Shown piece by piece: positions 47,303-60,930 of a stretch of DNA of 64,000 nt (its first letter is position 1; the number at the start of each line of letters is the position of its first letter). Both the position numbers and the translations under genes were made by a program. This stretch comes from Ophelia neglecta (Eukaryota): positions 123,194,001 to 123,258,000 of the forward strand of contig OZ260661.1 in NCBI GenBank assembly GCA_965285935.1. The letters run 5' to 3'. The notes beneath the pieces were generated by a model. It was not told where the DNA came from. It searched no databases and worked only from the letters and a program-made list of their open reading frames with translations.

Positions 47303-50300
47303 GAATGACTGCTTAAGACCTTGGAACGATTGGAGGCGTTCTCTTGGATATTTTTTTACCTGGTATTCATAATTTTGTTCTACAGCATTAAAACGGATCA
47401 TTGTCTGGATTACTTAACGAGTAAAGCTCAACGCTGTCTTTTCAGTACTAATATTCTATAAGAAGTCATGCTGATTTAGGATAACATAATTACTTGCCGT
47501 TCCATTGAAATTAAAACGTACGAAGAATTGTCCAATGTGGCACGTAGCGTGCAACTTTCAAATGAACACAGCATTTTCGTCCGACCCGTGCTATCTGCTG
47601 TAAAAGTGAATTTAAACAAATACTGACTTATTTGAGCTGTCAACAGATATGCTGAAGAAACTTAATACGACAAACTGAATGTGAAATTATCAAGAAGCGA
47701 GTGGCATTTATCATTTGTATTTATGTAAGGATCAATACAACGTCCTCCGCAAGAAACTTCGCCAAATTATACTGTTTTTCTTCTTCTTTTTTTGCCTTCG
47801 CCTAATTTTACCATACTTTCGGTTTTAAGAGGGAGGTTAAACTGACCAATGAATTAAAAGGCGAAATCAGAGTACACTTTAGGCATGCTGTTATGCAAGT
47901 CTAAGCATAGGTAGCCGATCTTGTTTGTCAAACAGGAAATATACAGAGACACCTTTCCGCTAATGGAATCATTAGCTTATTCCAACGGGAGTTGTTTTCG
48001 TCTGTCGATTTAATCATTTGTGGAGATTGAGCTTCCCGGAAGACAGGCAAGGCCTTAAGAAGAAGCAGCGTCAAATAACAGTGGCGCCTTATCGGTCTTC
48101 CACCAGTATGGTCTGATTTGGCACATTACATCTCCATCGTTTTCTTTGCGATGTTGAGACCACCTGACCTCAGTCCAAATGGATTTAGTCTTAGAAGTAA
48201 TAAGGGAACAGAAATTGATCATGTCCTATGGAAAAACTATATGAACCGAAACAGTTAGCTAATGCTTCAAATTGCAAGACCGACATCAGCAAAGAAATTA
48301 TAAACCTTGTGAATAGTCGAGTGTAAATTGTCACATGTCTGTATGCCTCGAATAAGAGCAGATAATTGCCCTTCGGAGGAAGGAAAAAGTAAATTATATT
48401 AATTCCTGCTTCATTGAATTTCATTGTTTAAAGAGTAAGTGTTAATGTGGTTTGATTCAATCCAAGAGGTCTTCTATTGGTAGAAATAATGAAAGACGTA
48501 GAGGGCCACTTGTTTCTCACATATGAGCATTGGTAATAATAAAGATACAATAGTAAATTGTCAATTATGAAAGATATTTGCCAATGTTAGTCCCATTTTA
48601 ATCGATTTGGTTGGTTATGTGATAATTTCTGAGGCAGCCGACACCAGTGATCGCTAATAATAATTTTGGAAGTAGATCTAGACCCTTTAATCACTGATGT
48701 ATTTTTCTACACCGGTTTCATTATGTCAAGTCAAATATCTTAATACGGTACAGTAACTATGTGATTCATAATTCCTTTGCCCATTGACATAATCATTCTG
48801 ATATGTCGAGCACGAAAATGACACGTTCGTATCAAACAAGATAATGAGACGAGCAATGTTTCAAAGGCGTGACACCCAGATTCGATTTGCTGGGAGCTGA
48901 AGACTAACCTACAAGACAGAAACACACTCGTTATTAACCAGCAAAATGTGCTTTGACAAAAAGCCAGACCGGCGTCCCACTCGCATATATACATTTCCAG
49001 ATGCTAAGTAAACACGTTATTAAACAAACCAAAAACGGTGGCCATCAGGTAGAGAATATTGTGTCAGCCGTCAGACACAGAACCATTTAATGCGTCACTT
49101 GGTGCTGGATCTTGATAATTTTGCGCCGATTTAATCGAGTGTCATTAATAAATGATTTTGGCTTATCTGGCGGGCATGCTTTTTGCTATTTATTAGAAAC
49201 CATCAACAAGGAGCCCAAACTACAGCAATCCGCAGCACCAATTATGTGATATTTATATCAATAACAAACCTACATTTAATTCCCTACCGCAATTTGAAAA
49301 TTCAAGGATGTTTATTTAAAATGTTTCTTTTTTTAATCCTCCAGACCTTTGAATCCAGGGGCCTGTTTTCTGTAAGTATCAACTCGGACTATAATTAGGA
49401 TTAAATTGTTTAATTATTGATATTAGGGGCTTCTGGAAGGTACGAGAGAAACAGCTGACAAAAAAATTTGAATGAATAAAGCATATAAGTTGCTTTATGA
49501 GTCAATCTTGCTTATTCCTTTATTATTTTCAAAGTTTTATAAATGCATACATATGTCCATGGATACGTTCATTTCCATCAAACAAAACCAAATGTCCATT
49601 CTGCTTTTTCCCATCAAGCAGATTATTAATTGTTACTGAACTTACTTATTGCGTACATTTTCCATTTTGAATTATATTTGCCTACCGTATGTTGGTCTGT
49701 TGCTTTTTGTTTCTCTATGTCGGTATTATATCGCAAACCGTCCAAATATGCGTTCTTGGCTATCACCCTTTTAAAATCGGATGTACCTAATCAAAAATGG
49801 ACTAGTTATAAAACCATATCGCTACAGCTAACTCGGCAGGGCAGTTTTTGCTCGTTCGTTTCCGTCATTCTCGTTTGGAATATTTACGTGCAATTACCCA
49901 TCAAGTGCTGACTATAAATCTAGTGTCTGCAGCTCATTTAATATCTTATCAAATTAAGACATCGCTTCCAATCCGACTAGCATGCCATTCAAAGTCATGT
50001 AGCTTGTAATTGTGAGGATTTTGCTAAGGGTGTATATGCTGTTTCCTTTCTCTAATGTAAAAAGTGTTGCCAGTAAAAAGGGGAAACCAAAATTATTCTC
50101 GAACTATAACTTGATTTTAATTCCCTCACTATTAGGAAATTGGTTGATTAGATAGATGGGTTTCAAAGCTTCTTTAATGCTAACTATGTTTCATCTGACC
50201 ATATGTAACTTTAAATGCCTGACTCACGGAAATTCCATTGCCCGAAAAATAGCTACTCGCCGTACATATTTGTCTGTCACGTCCATAGCCTACTGAGGTT

Positions 50301-51649
50301 TGGGTTAAACAAAAGACGCAGCATACTAATTAAATTTCAATGTTAGTCAGAGTCAGACATTCCAGTTTATCAATTTGTAAGAAAATATAAGGTAGAACCA
50401 AATCCCAAACCGTACCAAGCCATAACTTCTGCCTAGCGTGCCAACTTACTTGCTCATCTTGGGCGTTGAAACAGCAAAAACTATACAACGTGAGTAAAAT
50501 AGTCGCTGTCATACAGTATGGACGTTACGCACTATTGAAAGAAATGAGTTCGCTTCTATTATCATTGTATAAATGTGACTCATCACGCATGCTGGCCAAC
50601 AAAATAACCCGTTCGATGATGGGTTGAATTCATCCCGTATTCACACAACTCTGTAGGTGAAATTGTCTCTTATTGTGCCAAACGTAATTTGATACCAAAC
50701 GTGTAAAGTGAACCAGTCACGTTTATATTTTGACTGAAAACGTACACATGTAAGTTATATAAAACATATACAATTTGGTAAGCCCTCACCGTAAATAATG
50801 TGAAAAGAAAAGATTTGAATTTAAAAAAGAATAGTAAAGTTATAAATGTGGCGACATTGAATTAAATAAAATTATAGTATTATTCGCTTTCAAATTTCAA
50901 TTACAAACATAGTATTTTTAATAGCATTGCGTTCCTTGATATTAAAAAGGCAAATCCTAACATAAGGTATTCCCCAGATTACATTGATGGAACCTAAACT
51001 CAAAATTAATCTAAAGACTAGTTAATCACAAAAAGAATTACATTGACGCGGAGCTGTTCGTAGTGGGTTCGACTACATCAGTATTGTGTACGGGTATATA
51101 CAAATCGTCTGTAGACCGTATCCATCACCCCACACACACTCTTACAGGAGGAAAGACACAAAGCCCCACGCTCCGAGGCAGAAAATAAATTTGTAATGCA
51201 AAACATACTAATAAAGTGATGTTATTTGCAATGAGACCCACTCAACAGCTTAAAATGAAGCGAGTCAGAGCACCAAACGAACGAGTCAGTATACTGCGTA
51301 AGACGGAGAGGAAATAGGCCACAGAACAGCCTATGGTGCTGTAAACACTCTCATAATTTGAGAGACTTAAGCCCAACTTATTCCAATTAACACAAAACCA
51401 AAGAAGGATGTACAAGGTCCCTTCAAACTAAAGAGGATAAGGGTATTACAACTCCTCGATAGTGAAATAGAATGTTAACTATGTTCAGTAAACCATTCTG
51501 GCTTGACTGCATACTTCATCAGGAACGTACGATGTTATATCAGTAGAAAGTAGATGCACATGGCTCCTAACTCTAAAATGAGCGGAAGATACCACAATAG
51601 AATCTAGACCTTTCACATCAAGAGAGAGTCGAGAAGAGACTAATACATC

Positions 51650-54600
51650 GTACACTGACTCTCCTTAAGCCTGATGGGATCCTTCACAAGATTCCACAAG
51701 CCATGCCCGACTGGATTTTTCCTTTAAATTGATATGAATGTCTGTTTCTTCTGTGTTCTCCCAGACGTTATCAGCCATACGCTATGCGTCTTAATTTGTT
51801 CTATTTCCATTCCATTAAACTTGCGTCGAGCTAGACAGACACAACAGCCAGCATGTATGTAGCAGCCAGCTTAATTACTGTGAAGCAGGTTTATACATGT
51901 GACCTCCAAGTTCCTGGGACTTTCGCTTCGGCTCTGCAGCTAACGATTCCGGTGAATTCAGATTAATGCATGTATGATCCAAGCTTAATTATTGATTTGT
52001 TTTGACTTAATATCCGTTCACGATTGTTTACCTTGGTCCAACTTGTACATGGATTCAAAACTATCATTCTTAATCCTACATCGTGCAAGACTTGCCAATT
52101 TTGCTGTGTTGTTACAATTATTTTGTATTGTCTCTTTTTATTCCAATCGTAAGCGAACAAGTTTTCTGGTCTAAAATTAGGCATTGTTGCTCCCGAGTCA
52201 GTGGTTAACTATTGCAAGCAAATAGGGATCGGGTCCACACCCGGTATCTCTCACCATCTCTCTCCCTTTCTCTTCTTCCCTGGGCAATGGCCTTAGAAAG
52301 GGGACAGGTGAAAATCAACTGAGAACCAGAGAAGACAGAGAAGTAATGTGTTTTCATTGTTTTGTTAGATGTCTCTTACTTTGATTGTAGACAATGAAAT
52401 GTCAGCCGCATTTGTCTTGATTGAAAATGGAAATAAAGTGGCATTGGCTGCTTCCTTTACTAACGCTTCCCAGCAATAGCGCAGATGGAATGTGTCATCT
52501 AACCTTTACGGTTAGACGAAATGAGCTTATCGGGTGATTACATTGATATTTATGCTTGTGACGCCTTTCCTTCTAGGGTGACCCTTTCTATGTGTTTGTA
52601 TGTCTTTTGCTTTCTAGACCGACATAACAAGAATACTGTTTTCTAATGTCGTTTCAGGAACTAGCGGAGTAAACGTAACATGAATGACCTGTAGCTAAAC
52701 AAAGTAGGAATAGGGGGCGCGGGATGCATCATTTTTACAAAAATGACCACAAGGCATGAAGCATAAGGCTTTCACTTAAAATCGATACGCCACATAACCT
52801 TAAATTGTAAGAAAAAAAACCGCTGCTCGTATGACAGTAGATGCATTGGGCACATTGGCACAAGCCAGGGGCACATTGGGCATTGGGGCAGTAATGTACA
52901 AAGTTGACTTCACTTAAAAAAGTTCGCAATGTTTTGTGTCTATATATTAACCATGTTTTGTGTCTATATGTATAACCTTATTATACTGAACAATCTGAAC
53001 ATATTTTAGATGTTATGTTTTCAGTGTTAAATGTAGGCCACACTGAGGTACATCGGGACACTGCCCCAACATACCCCTATAAGTGTGTCACATTGCTACC
53101 CAATTTTGACCTTGCGATTTTTTGAGTGAAAACAGCTCAAAGAGTCTTTAGCTGATATATAAAATAGATTTCCCCAAAAGTTGCCCTATATGTTATTATT
53201 CCATTCTTACATGCTAAGCATCTTTGATATTGTTGATTCTTCTTTTTACTCTAGGAAAACAACTAATAAGCTGTTTGTAATATCACTTCCATTTCCTTCC
53301 TCGACGTTGCACTGAGGATATCCGCATCAAAGCCAATAGGAGTCTTTGATTGAATGTTCTATGAAGTGTGTGTTACTAAAAGGCTGAAATGCGAAAGGTC
53401 CCGGTGATGCTCAAAGGAACCATACTTATAACAGGTAGCTAAACAGAGATTTGGGCTTCGGCATCGATTCTGACGCGTCAATCACTTGATTTCTCAGATG
53501 TTTAGAATTAGTTGAATACGACAATTTTCATAGCTTTGTATATTTTTTTGTTCTATAAATAAGGTACAAATTGTTCATAATAGACATTAGCTGCTGCTAG
53601 TGTAATTGTGAGAAACAAGGGACACCTCCCATTTATGTCATATCCTTTGGTCTTGCAATGGTTCATTTATTAGCAAACCTTTTGGACTGTTTTCGCACTT
53701 GATAAATAAAGCTCCTGGTTTAGAAAGATCATAGAACTTGACTTAGAGACTGTCGAATACTGTTCTGGTAGTGACAATCAATGTGTCTAGCACACCAGAC
53801 CTATTTAGTGTCCCTAGCACCCATGTTAATGAAAATATAAGGTACCTTTCGTGCGACGCCAGTACAAACTTCCTGACAGAGAGGCGCGGCTGGGCCTCTG
53901 GATCAATATCACAGGACTTGCTACTGGTTAAAACACCACACGTATTTCTGTGACAATAGACACGTGGCGCTGGTATCAAAACCACTAATTCGATCTGATT
54001 AACTGCATGTTAAAACGGACGTTTACTAAATCCGTAGATTAACTATATTACTTAGGTGTATCTCAACACATGCCTCGTGAGATATAACAAGGTTTCCATC
54101 AAGCTTAAGGATAGTCAATAAACGGTCGATATCCTTTTGAATGCTTGTGTTTACGTTCTAGTTGAAATTGTTACTCGTGTAGTGAATACTTTTATGATGA
54201 ACAGTGATTAAATGCATCCTTTGAGCAGCGGCCATGGAAATCTGCTTAATACACATTTACCTGACATCGCTTTTTGCAGGGCCAAATGTTCAATCGCTAT
54301 AAAGCATGATATTACACTAAAGTAACCCATAACGTCTGTCGAAGAGCTTAAAATCAGTTTCATCTCTAAGATCCAGGAACCTTTACGTTGTCGGTGTTTT
54401 ACTTTAACTTTACATGAAGTTATTGTTTTAAGACCTTGAGAGTGAGTTATAACAATGACTTAAAGTAATCGCGGCCGCTCATTTAGCAGACATTCGAAAT
54501 CCACAAACAGCTTGCCAAAATGAGTCTAGCTTAATTCAAAATATACTCCTGTGCAGTCTTTATGCAACCGTATGACTGTGGGGCAAATTGAGCCTTTGTT

Positions 54601-55550
54601 AGATTTTTTGGTGTGTTCTAAAATCACTCAACAAGAGGTGTCGCCATTTGGAAGTGATTAGTTCTACAACTACGCTCAAAAATCGGGTAAATTAAAACTA
54701 CTATAAATGCTTGCAGGATTTATCAAACATAATCAATTCCAATGGCATTTGTTTTAGACCATCGGCTGGATTTCTATTTATAAATGTCTCATTTTCAGGC
54801 CTTATCTGGCGGGTATGCATTTTGCTGAAAGAGTAAGTGACTCATTTTCTGAAACAGACGTCAGGGTTGATTTCAATTGAAGCTTAATGGCATCCCTTTC
54901 CCGCTGTATGCTAAGAAAAATGTTATTTATTCCAATGTGTGCACATGCTGTATGGGCGAAATGATACTTCCAGCTAGGCTTACAGGCGCATGCCTCAGGC
55001 TAAAAGTGAATATCAATTGCTTTTGTCAGCTTTTGTTACATGGTTGAACGATGTAGGTTCTTCGTTACCAGTATAGGACACTGAATCGCAGACAGCGCTC
55101 TTGAAGAGGATTTATGAGACATTGTGCGGTCCAACAATGATTTTTAAAGTTTTGGTAAATGGAAAATTAATTTAGAAATATCCTTAAAAGCGTCTTTAAG
55201 ACAGAGGATGACTCATTGGCGCGCTACAGGTTGACTTGACAGTGTATATAAATAAAAACGTTTGGCTTATCTCGTCAGAGAACAAATACCTTGCTGACAA
55301 TACGAGTCAGATTATCAAGATATGAGGAATACAATTGTCGGAATTAATCACGATGGGTATTTCTGAGGGATAAAGGGCAAGCAAAATGTTAGTAAATTCA
55401 CTCAGTTATGTAATTATTCCCAAATAGATACAACGCTTAAAACATTCCTTATATAAATGCAAACGTTTGACGTATTGATAGCTTGCCTTCGTTGTCAAGT
55501 ACAATTATTACTGGCATTATCAACAGGATTAATCTACATGGCAAGGGTAG
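51650..55550 (-). pseudogene. Decayed LRR-containing GPCR (LGR-like) with kinase-like tail, copy 1
   Basis: Fragments in order: VFDSL*VKFYDLS (LRR), LSITGT (TM1), ILSESL/CFMP (TM6), LFLLCLATGHSCYVYS (TM7), DWNKKRQYKII...VLHDVGLRMIV...ERIL...IKLGSY (kinase VIa-VII-like). Many stops and indels. Confidence 0.45.
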
Positions 55551-56506
55551 CTGTGTATTGGTAAAATAATGTAGCCGGTTAATATCAAAATTCTTTTTGG
55601 TTTTGTGGTTGTTCGGTGAAGTGAAATATGTATATACATATACATAAAAATGGCTGTGAGACACGGGCAATGAATAGTGGACCCGAGCCAGCCATATTGT
55701 CTGGGAGGGATGTAGTGTAACAGTCCACAGTGTCAAAACTCGTCTGATATATCCTGCTCTAGTCATATGAATATAGCGTTAAGGGATTTCTTCTAAAACG
55801 CCATGTCGAATGAATGGGGATGCAATATTCTTGAAAAATAAGATAATATCAGTTGCTTCACAGTAGTTCTGACAATCAAGAAGAATGAACACATTTTATT
55901 ATCACATATTGCCTCTGTTGAGTGAATTATTAACAAGTCTTCCTTATATCATGTACTTGATAGCATTAAACGAGCGATCCCTATAACATCTGGGCCCATT
56001 TACACAATATGTCTCATATTAAATACTTTCTTCAGTGTGAAAGTTGCTAACGGGCAAATGGGCTTTTCAGTAGTAGATATATGATAGGCACACAATTATC
56101 GTACTGTATGGCTGCCTCGATGTCTGTCTTTGGATGTATACAAAGCTGAATATGAGTATATCCGAATGGAGGGATAGTGCAGAAATTTTCTGATCTCCGA
56201 CAGCTTGCTGACACCAGAGCCCAATGTGGGAGGGACCGCTCTCTAATCTCATTCAATAATTCGTTCTAAAGCTGGGTAATCTTTCCATCTATAGCGGCAA
56301 TTTTAATGGCGTTTTTCCAATATAATTTCCATGATCCCGCGGCTTGTTGGCAATATTAAGTGCAAAAATGTAGCCACGATGTATAAGTATTTTCTATTCA
56401 TTAAAACAGATTTATACAAAATTAAACAAATGTGGAAGATAACAGCATTATGACTTGTAAATGGCCTGCCAACGTCAGCTAATCACATATATTCCATAAA
56501 AACTTC

Positions 56507-56579
56507 AGGTTTTGGCGAGATTCGAACTGGCCATCTTCTGCTTGTGAAGCAGACGTGATAACTACTACACCAGGAAATC
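56507..56579 (-). tRNA. tRNA-Val(CAC)-derived pseudogene
   Basis: GATTTCCTGGTGTAGTAGTTATCACGTCTGCTTCACAAGCAGAAGATGGCCAGTTCGAATCTCGCCAAAACCT. Perfect anticodon stem around CAC and intact A/B-box-like motifs, but three acceptor-stem mismatches. Confidence 0.75.
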
Positions 56580-57219
56580 CTCGGTTCAAGCATGCATGTG
56601 ACAGTTTTGTTCTCTGGCTCCTCCCGCTATGATGCATTTTGGTTACAATAATATTTTAAGGGTCTGAATTTTGCGTTTCCGAGAATGAATTATGATCAGA
56701 GTGTCTGTCTTTGAGAACGGCAAATATTTGGAAATACTGGTTTATCACTGTATCATTGAATAAGGTCTGCGGGTTACCCTACCTGGTAAAGCTAGACCCA
56801 ATAGTACGCCATGTGCTTTATATGATGTTTGTATGAGAGTCAGAGCACAAAACTAACTAGTCAGTATGCCGCGTAGGACAGAGAGGAAATAGACCACAGA
56901 ACAGCCTATGGTGCTGTTAACACTCTCATAATTTGAGGGACTTAAGCCCAACTCATTCCAATTAACACAAGACCAAAGACGGATGTACAAGGTCCTTTCA
57001 AACTTAAGAGGATAAGGGTATTACAACTCCTCGATAGTGAAAAAGAATGTTAACTACGTTCAGTAAAACATTTACGGTAGACTGGATACTTCATCAGGAA
57101 CGTACGATGTTATATCAGTAGAAAGTAGATGCACATGGCTCCTAACTCTAAAATGAGCGGAATATATCACAATAGAATCTATACCTTTCACATGAACAGT
57201 CGAGAAGAGACTAATACAT

Positions 57220-60200
57220 CGTACACTGACTCTCCTTATGCCTGATGGGATCCTTCACAAGATTCCACAAGCCATGCCCGACTGGCTTCTTCCTATAGAT
57301 TGATATGAATGTCTGTTTCTTCTGTGTTCTCCCAGACGTTATCAGCCATGCCCTATGCGTCTTAATTTGTTCTATTTCCATTTCATTAAACTGGCGTCGA
57401 GCTAGACAGACACAACAGCCAGCATGTATGTGACAGCCAGCTTAATTACTATGGAGCAGTTTTATACATGTGACCTCCAAGTTGCTGGGACCTTCGCTTC
57501 GGCTCTGCAGCTAACGGTTCCGGTTAATTCAGATCGATGCATGTATGATCCAAGCTTAATTATTGATTTGTTTTGACTTAATATCCGTTCACGATTGTTC
57601 ACCTTGGTCAGATTTGTACATGGAGTCAAAACTATCATTCTTAATCCTACATCGTGCAAGACTTGCCAATTTTGCTGTCTTGATACAATTATTTTGTATT
57701 GTCTCTTTTTATTCCAATCGTTAGCAAACATGTTTGCTGGTCTAAAACTAGGCACTGTTGCTCCCGAGTCAGTGGTTAACTATTGCAAGCAAATAGGGAT
57801 CGGGTCCACACTCGGTATCTCTCACCATCTCCCTCCCTCTCTCTCTTTCCATGGGCATGGCCTTAGAAAGGGGACAGGTGGAAATCAACTGAGAACCAGA
57901 GATGACAGAGAAGTTATGTGCTTTCATTGTTTTTGTTAGATGTCTCTTACTTTGATTGAAGACAATGAAATGTCAGCCGCATTTGTCTTAATTGAAAATG
58001 GAAATAAAGTGGCATTGGCTGCTTCCTTTACTAACGCTTCCCAGCAATAGCGCAGATGAAATGTGTCATTTGACCTTTTCGGTTAGGCGAAATGAGCTTT
58101 TCGGGTGATTACATTGACATTTAGGCGTCACTTCCTATGCTTGTGACGCCTTTCTTTCAAGGGTGACTCTTTCTACGTTATATGTCTCTGGCATTCTAGA
58201 CCGACATAAAGTTCTCTGAGAGTAATGTTTTCGAATGTCGTTTTAGGAACTAGCAGAGTAAACCTAACAGGAATGCACTGTAGCTAAACAAACTAGGAAT
58301 AGGGGGCGCGTGATGCATCGGGGCGACATGCATTACAAAAATGACCACGAGGCATGCAGCATAAGGCTTTCACACAAAATCGATACCTCACATAACCTTA
58401 AATTGCAAGAGTAAAAAACCACTGCTCGTATGACAGTAAATGCATTAGGCACATTGGCACAAGCCAGGGGCACATTGGGACAGTAATGAACAAAGTTTAC
58501 TTCCCTTAAAATAGTACGCAATTTTCTGTGTCTACATATTAACCTGATCCTAATGGCGAAATTATTATACTGAACAAATCTGTAAATATTTTAGATATAA
58601 AATAATTCAGTGTTAAATTTAGGCCACATTGAGGTAAACAGGGACACTGCCCCAACATACCCCCCAACATACCCAAATAAGTGTGTCACATTGGTACCCA
58701 ATTTTGACCTTGCGATTTTATTTTTAGTGAAAACAGATCAAAAAGTCTTTAGTTGAATTATAAAATATATTTCCTCCAAAGTTACTATATATGTTATAAT
58801 TCCATTCTATGCTTAGCATCTTTGATATTCTTGATTCTTCTTTTTACTCTAGGAAAACAACTAATAAGCTGTTTGGAGTAACGATTTTTTGGTACGTGCT
58901 TCACTTATTGATGCTGGTTTGTGTAATGTCACTTCCACTTCCTTCCTCAACGTTGCACTGAGGATATCTGCTAACATCAAAGCCAATAGGAGTCTTCGAT
59001 TGAACGTTCTATGAAGTGTGTTTGGACGAATGAGAATTTGTGTTACAAGAAAGCTGAAATGCGAAGGGTCCCTGTGATGCTCAAAGGAACCATACTAATA
59101 ACAGGAAGCTTAAAAAAGATTTTGACTTCGGCATCGAGTCTCACGCGTCAATCACGTGATTGATTAGATGTTTTTAAGTTTTCATAGCTTTGGATATATC
59201 TTTGTTCTATAAATAAGGTACAAATTGTTCTTAATAGACATTAGCTGCTGCTAGTGAAATTGTGAGAAACAAGGGACACCTCTCATTTATGTCATATTGT
59301 TTGGTCTGGCAATGGTTCATTTATCAACAAAACTTTTGAACTATTTTCGCACTTGTTAAATGGGTCTCCTGGTTTATTTAGAAAGATCGTAGACCTTGAC
59401 TTATAGTAGTCTAACGCTGTCGAATACTGTCCTCGTAGTGACACTCAAATTGTCTAGCAGACCAGACTTATTTATTTAGCACCCATGTAAATGAAAACAT
59501 CAGGTTCTTTTGGTAGGACGCCAGTACAAACTTCCTGACAGGGAGGCGCGGTCTGATTAGCTGCATGTTAAAATGAACCTTTATTTAATCCATAGCTGAA
59601 TTATATTACTTAGGTGTGTCTTAGTACAACACATGCCTTGTGAAATCCAATAAGGTTTCCATCAAGCTTAAGGATAGTCAATAAACGGTCAATATCCTTT
59701 TGAATGCTTGTGTTCTGGTTGACATTGTTGTTCCTTATGTAGAAAATACTTTTATGATTAAGAGTGATTACATGCTCCCGTAAGCAGCGGCAATGGATAT
59801 CTGTTTCATACACATTTCCATTTCATCGTTCAATTGCTATAAATCATAATTTACCCTATAACAGTAATTCATACGTCTGTCGAAGAGCTCAAAACCAGGT
59901 TCATCTTTAAAATCCAGGAACGTTTCCGTTGTAGGTGTTTTATTAAAAGTTATTGTTTTAGGACTACGAGAGTGAGCTATTACAATGACTTAAAGTAATC
60001 GCGGCCGCTCATTCAGCAGACATTCGAATTCCACAAACAGCTTGCCACAAAGAGTCTAGCTTAATTCCAATATAAAAATATTTTCCTGTGCAGTCTTTAT
60101 GCAACCGTATGACTGTGGGGCAAATTGAGCCCTCGTTAGATTTTTTGGTGTGTTTTAAAAACCACTCAACAAGAGGAGTCGCGATTTGGAAGTGATTAGT

Positions 60201-60930
60201 TATACGGCTACGTTCAGAAATCAGGTGAATTTAAACTACCATGGTCAGGGATGATTTCAAATGAAGCTTAATGGCATATCTTTCCCGCTGAATCCTAAGA
60301 CAAATGTTCCAATGCGTACACATGCTTCATGGGCGAAATAATAATTCCAGCGAGGCTTCCAGGCGCATTGCTTTTGTCAGCTTTTGTTACATGGTTGAAC
60401 GATGAAGGTTCTTCGTTACCAGTATAGGTCACTGAATCCCATATATAGCACTCTTTGAGGGAATTTATGAGGCATTGTGTGGTCCAACAATGATTTGTTA
60501 AAGTTTTGTTAAATGGTATATTAATTTAGAAATATCCTTAAAAGTTCCTTAAAGACAGAGGACGACTAATTTGCGAGCTATAGGTTTACTTGACAGTGTA
60601 TATAAAAAGACAATGGGATTCTTCTGCATTAATGTTCGTTTGGCTTATCTCGTCAGAGAACAAATACTTTTCTGACAATACGAAACCGTTTATCAAGATA
60701 GAAGGAATACAATTGTCAGAATTAATCACGATGGGTATCTTTGAGGAATAAAGGGCAAACAATATGTTATCAAATTCACTCATTTATGTAATTATTCCAA
60801 AATATATATAACGCTTAAAACATTCCTAATATAACTGCAAACGTTTGACGAATTGATAGTTTGAATTCGTTGTCACATCCAATTGATACTGGCATTATCA
60901 ACAGGATTAATCTAAATGGCAAGGGTAGCT
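57220..60930 (-). pseudogene. Decayed LRR-containing GPCR (LGR-like) with kinase-like tail, copy 2
   Basis: LPFRLILLIMPVSIGCD (signal-like), IFYIRNNNV...LTILKLDGNLI (LRRs, ~59660-59750), LPVLVWF/LSITGTL (TM1), RRLLLALMLADILS (TM2, ~58955-59000), CCMP (TM6), CLATVHSC*VYS (TM7), kinase-like segment 57545-57755. Confidence 0.5.

Larger units (their letters stand above)
51262..56836 (+). repeat. Large tandem duplication unit 1
   Basis: 51262-55595 aligns with 56837-60975 and 56330-56836 aligns with 62308-62940; each unit has a different middle segment. Confidence 0.9.

Noticed and set aside
43088-50745. Short dispersed repeats (GTGTAAAGTGAACCAG at ~43088 and ~50701; CTTATCTGGCGGG at ~49162 and ~54801)
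   Set aside because: Too short and decayed to assign; likely old TE debris.
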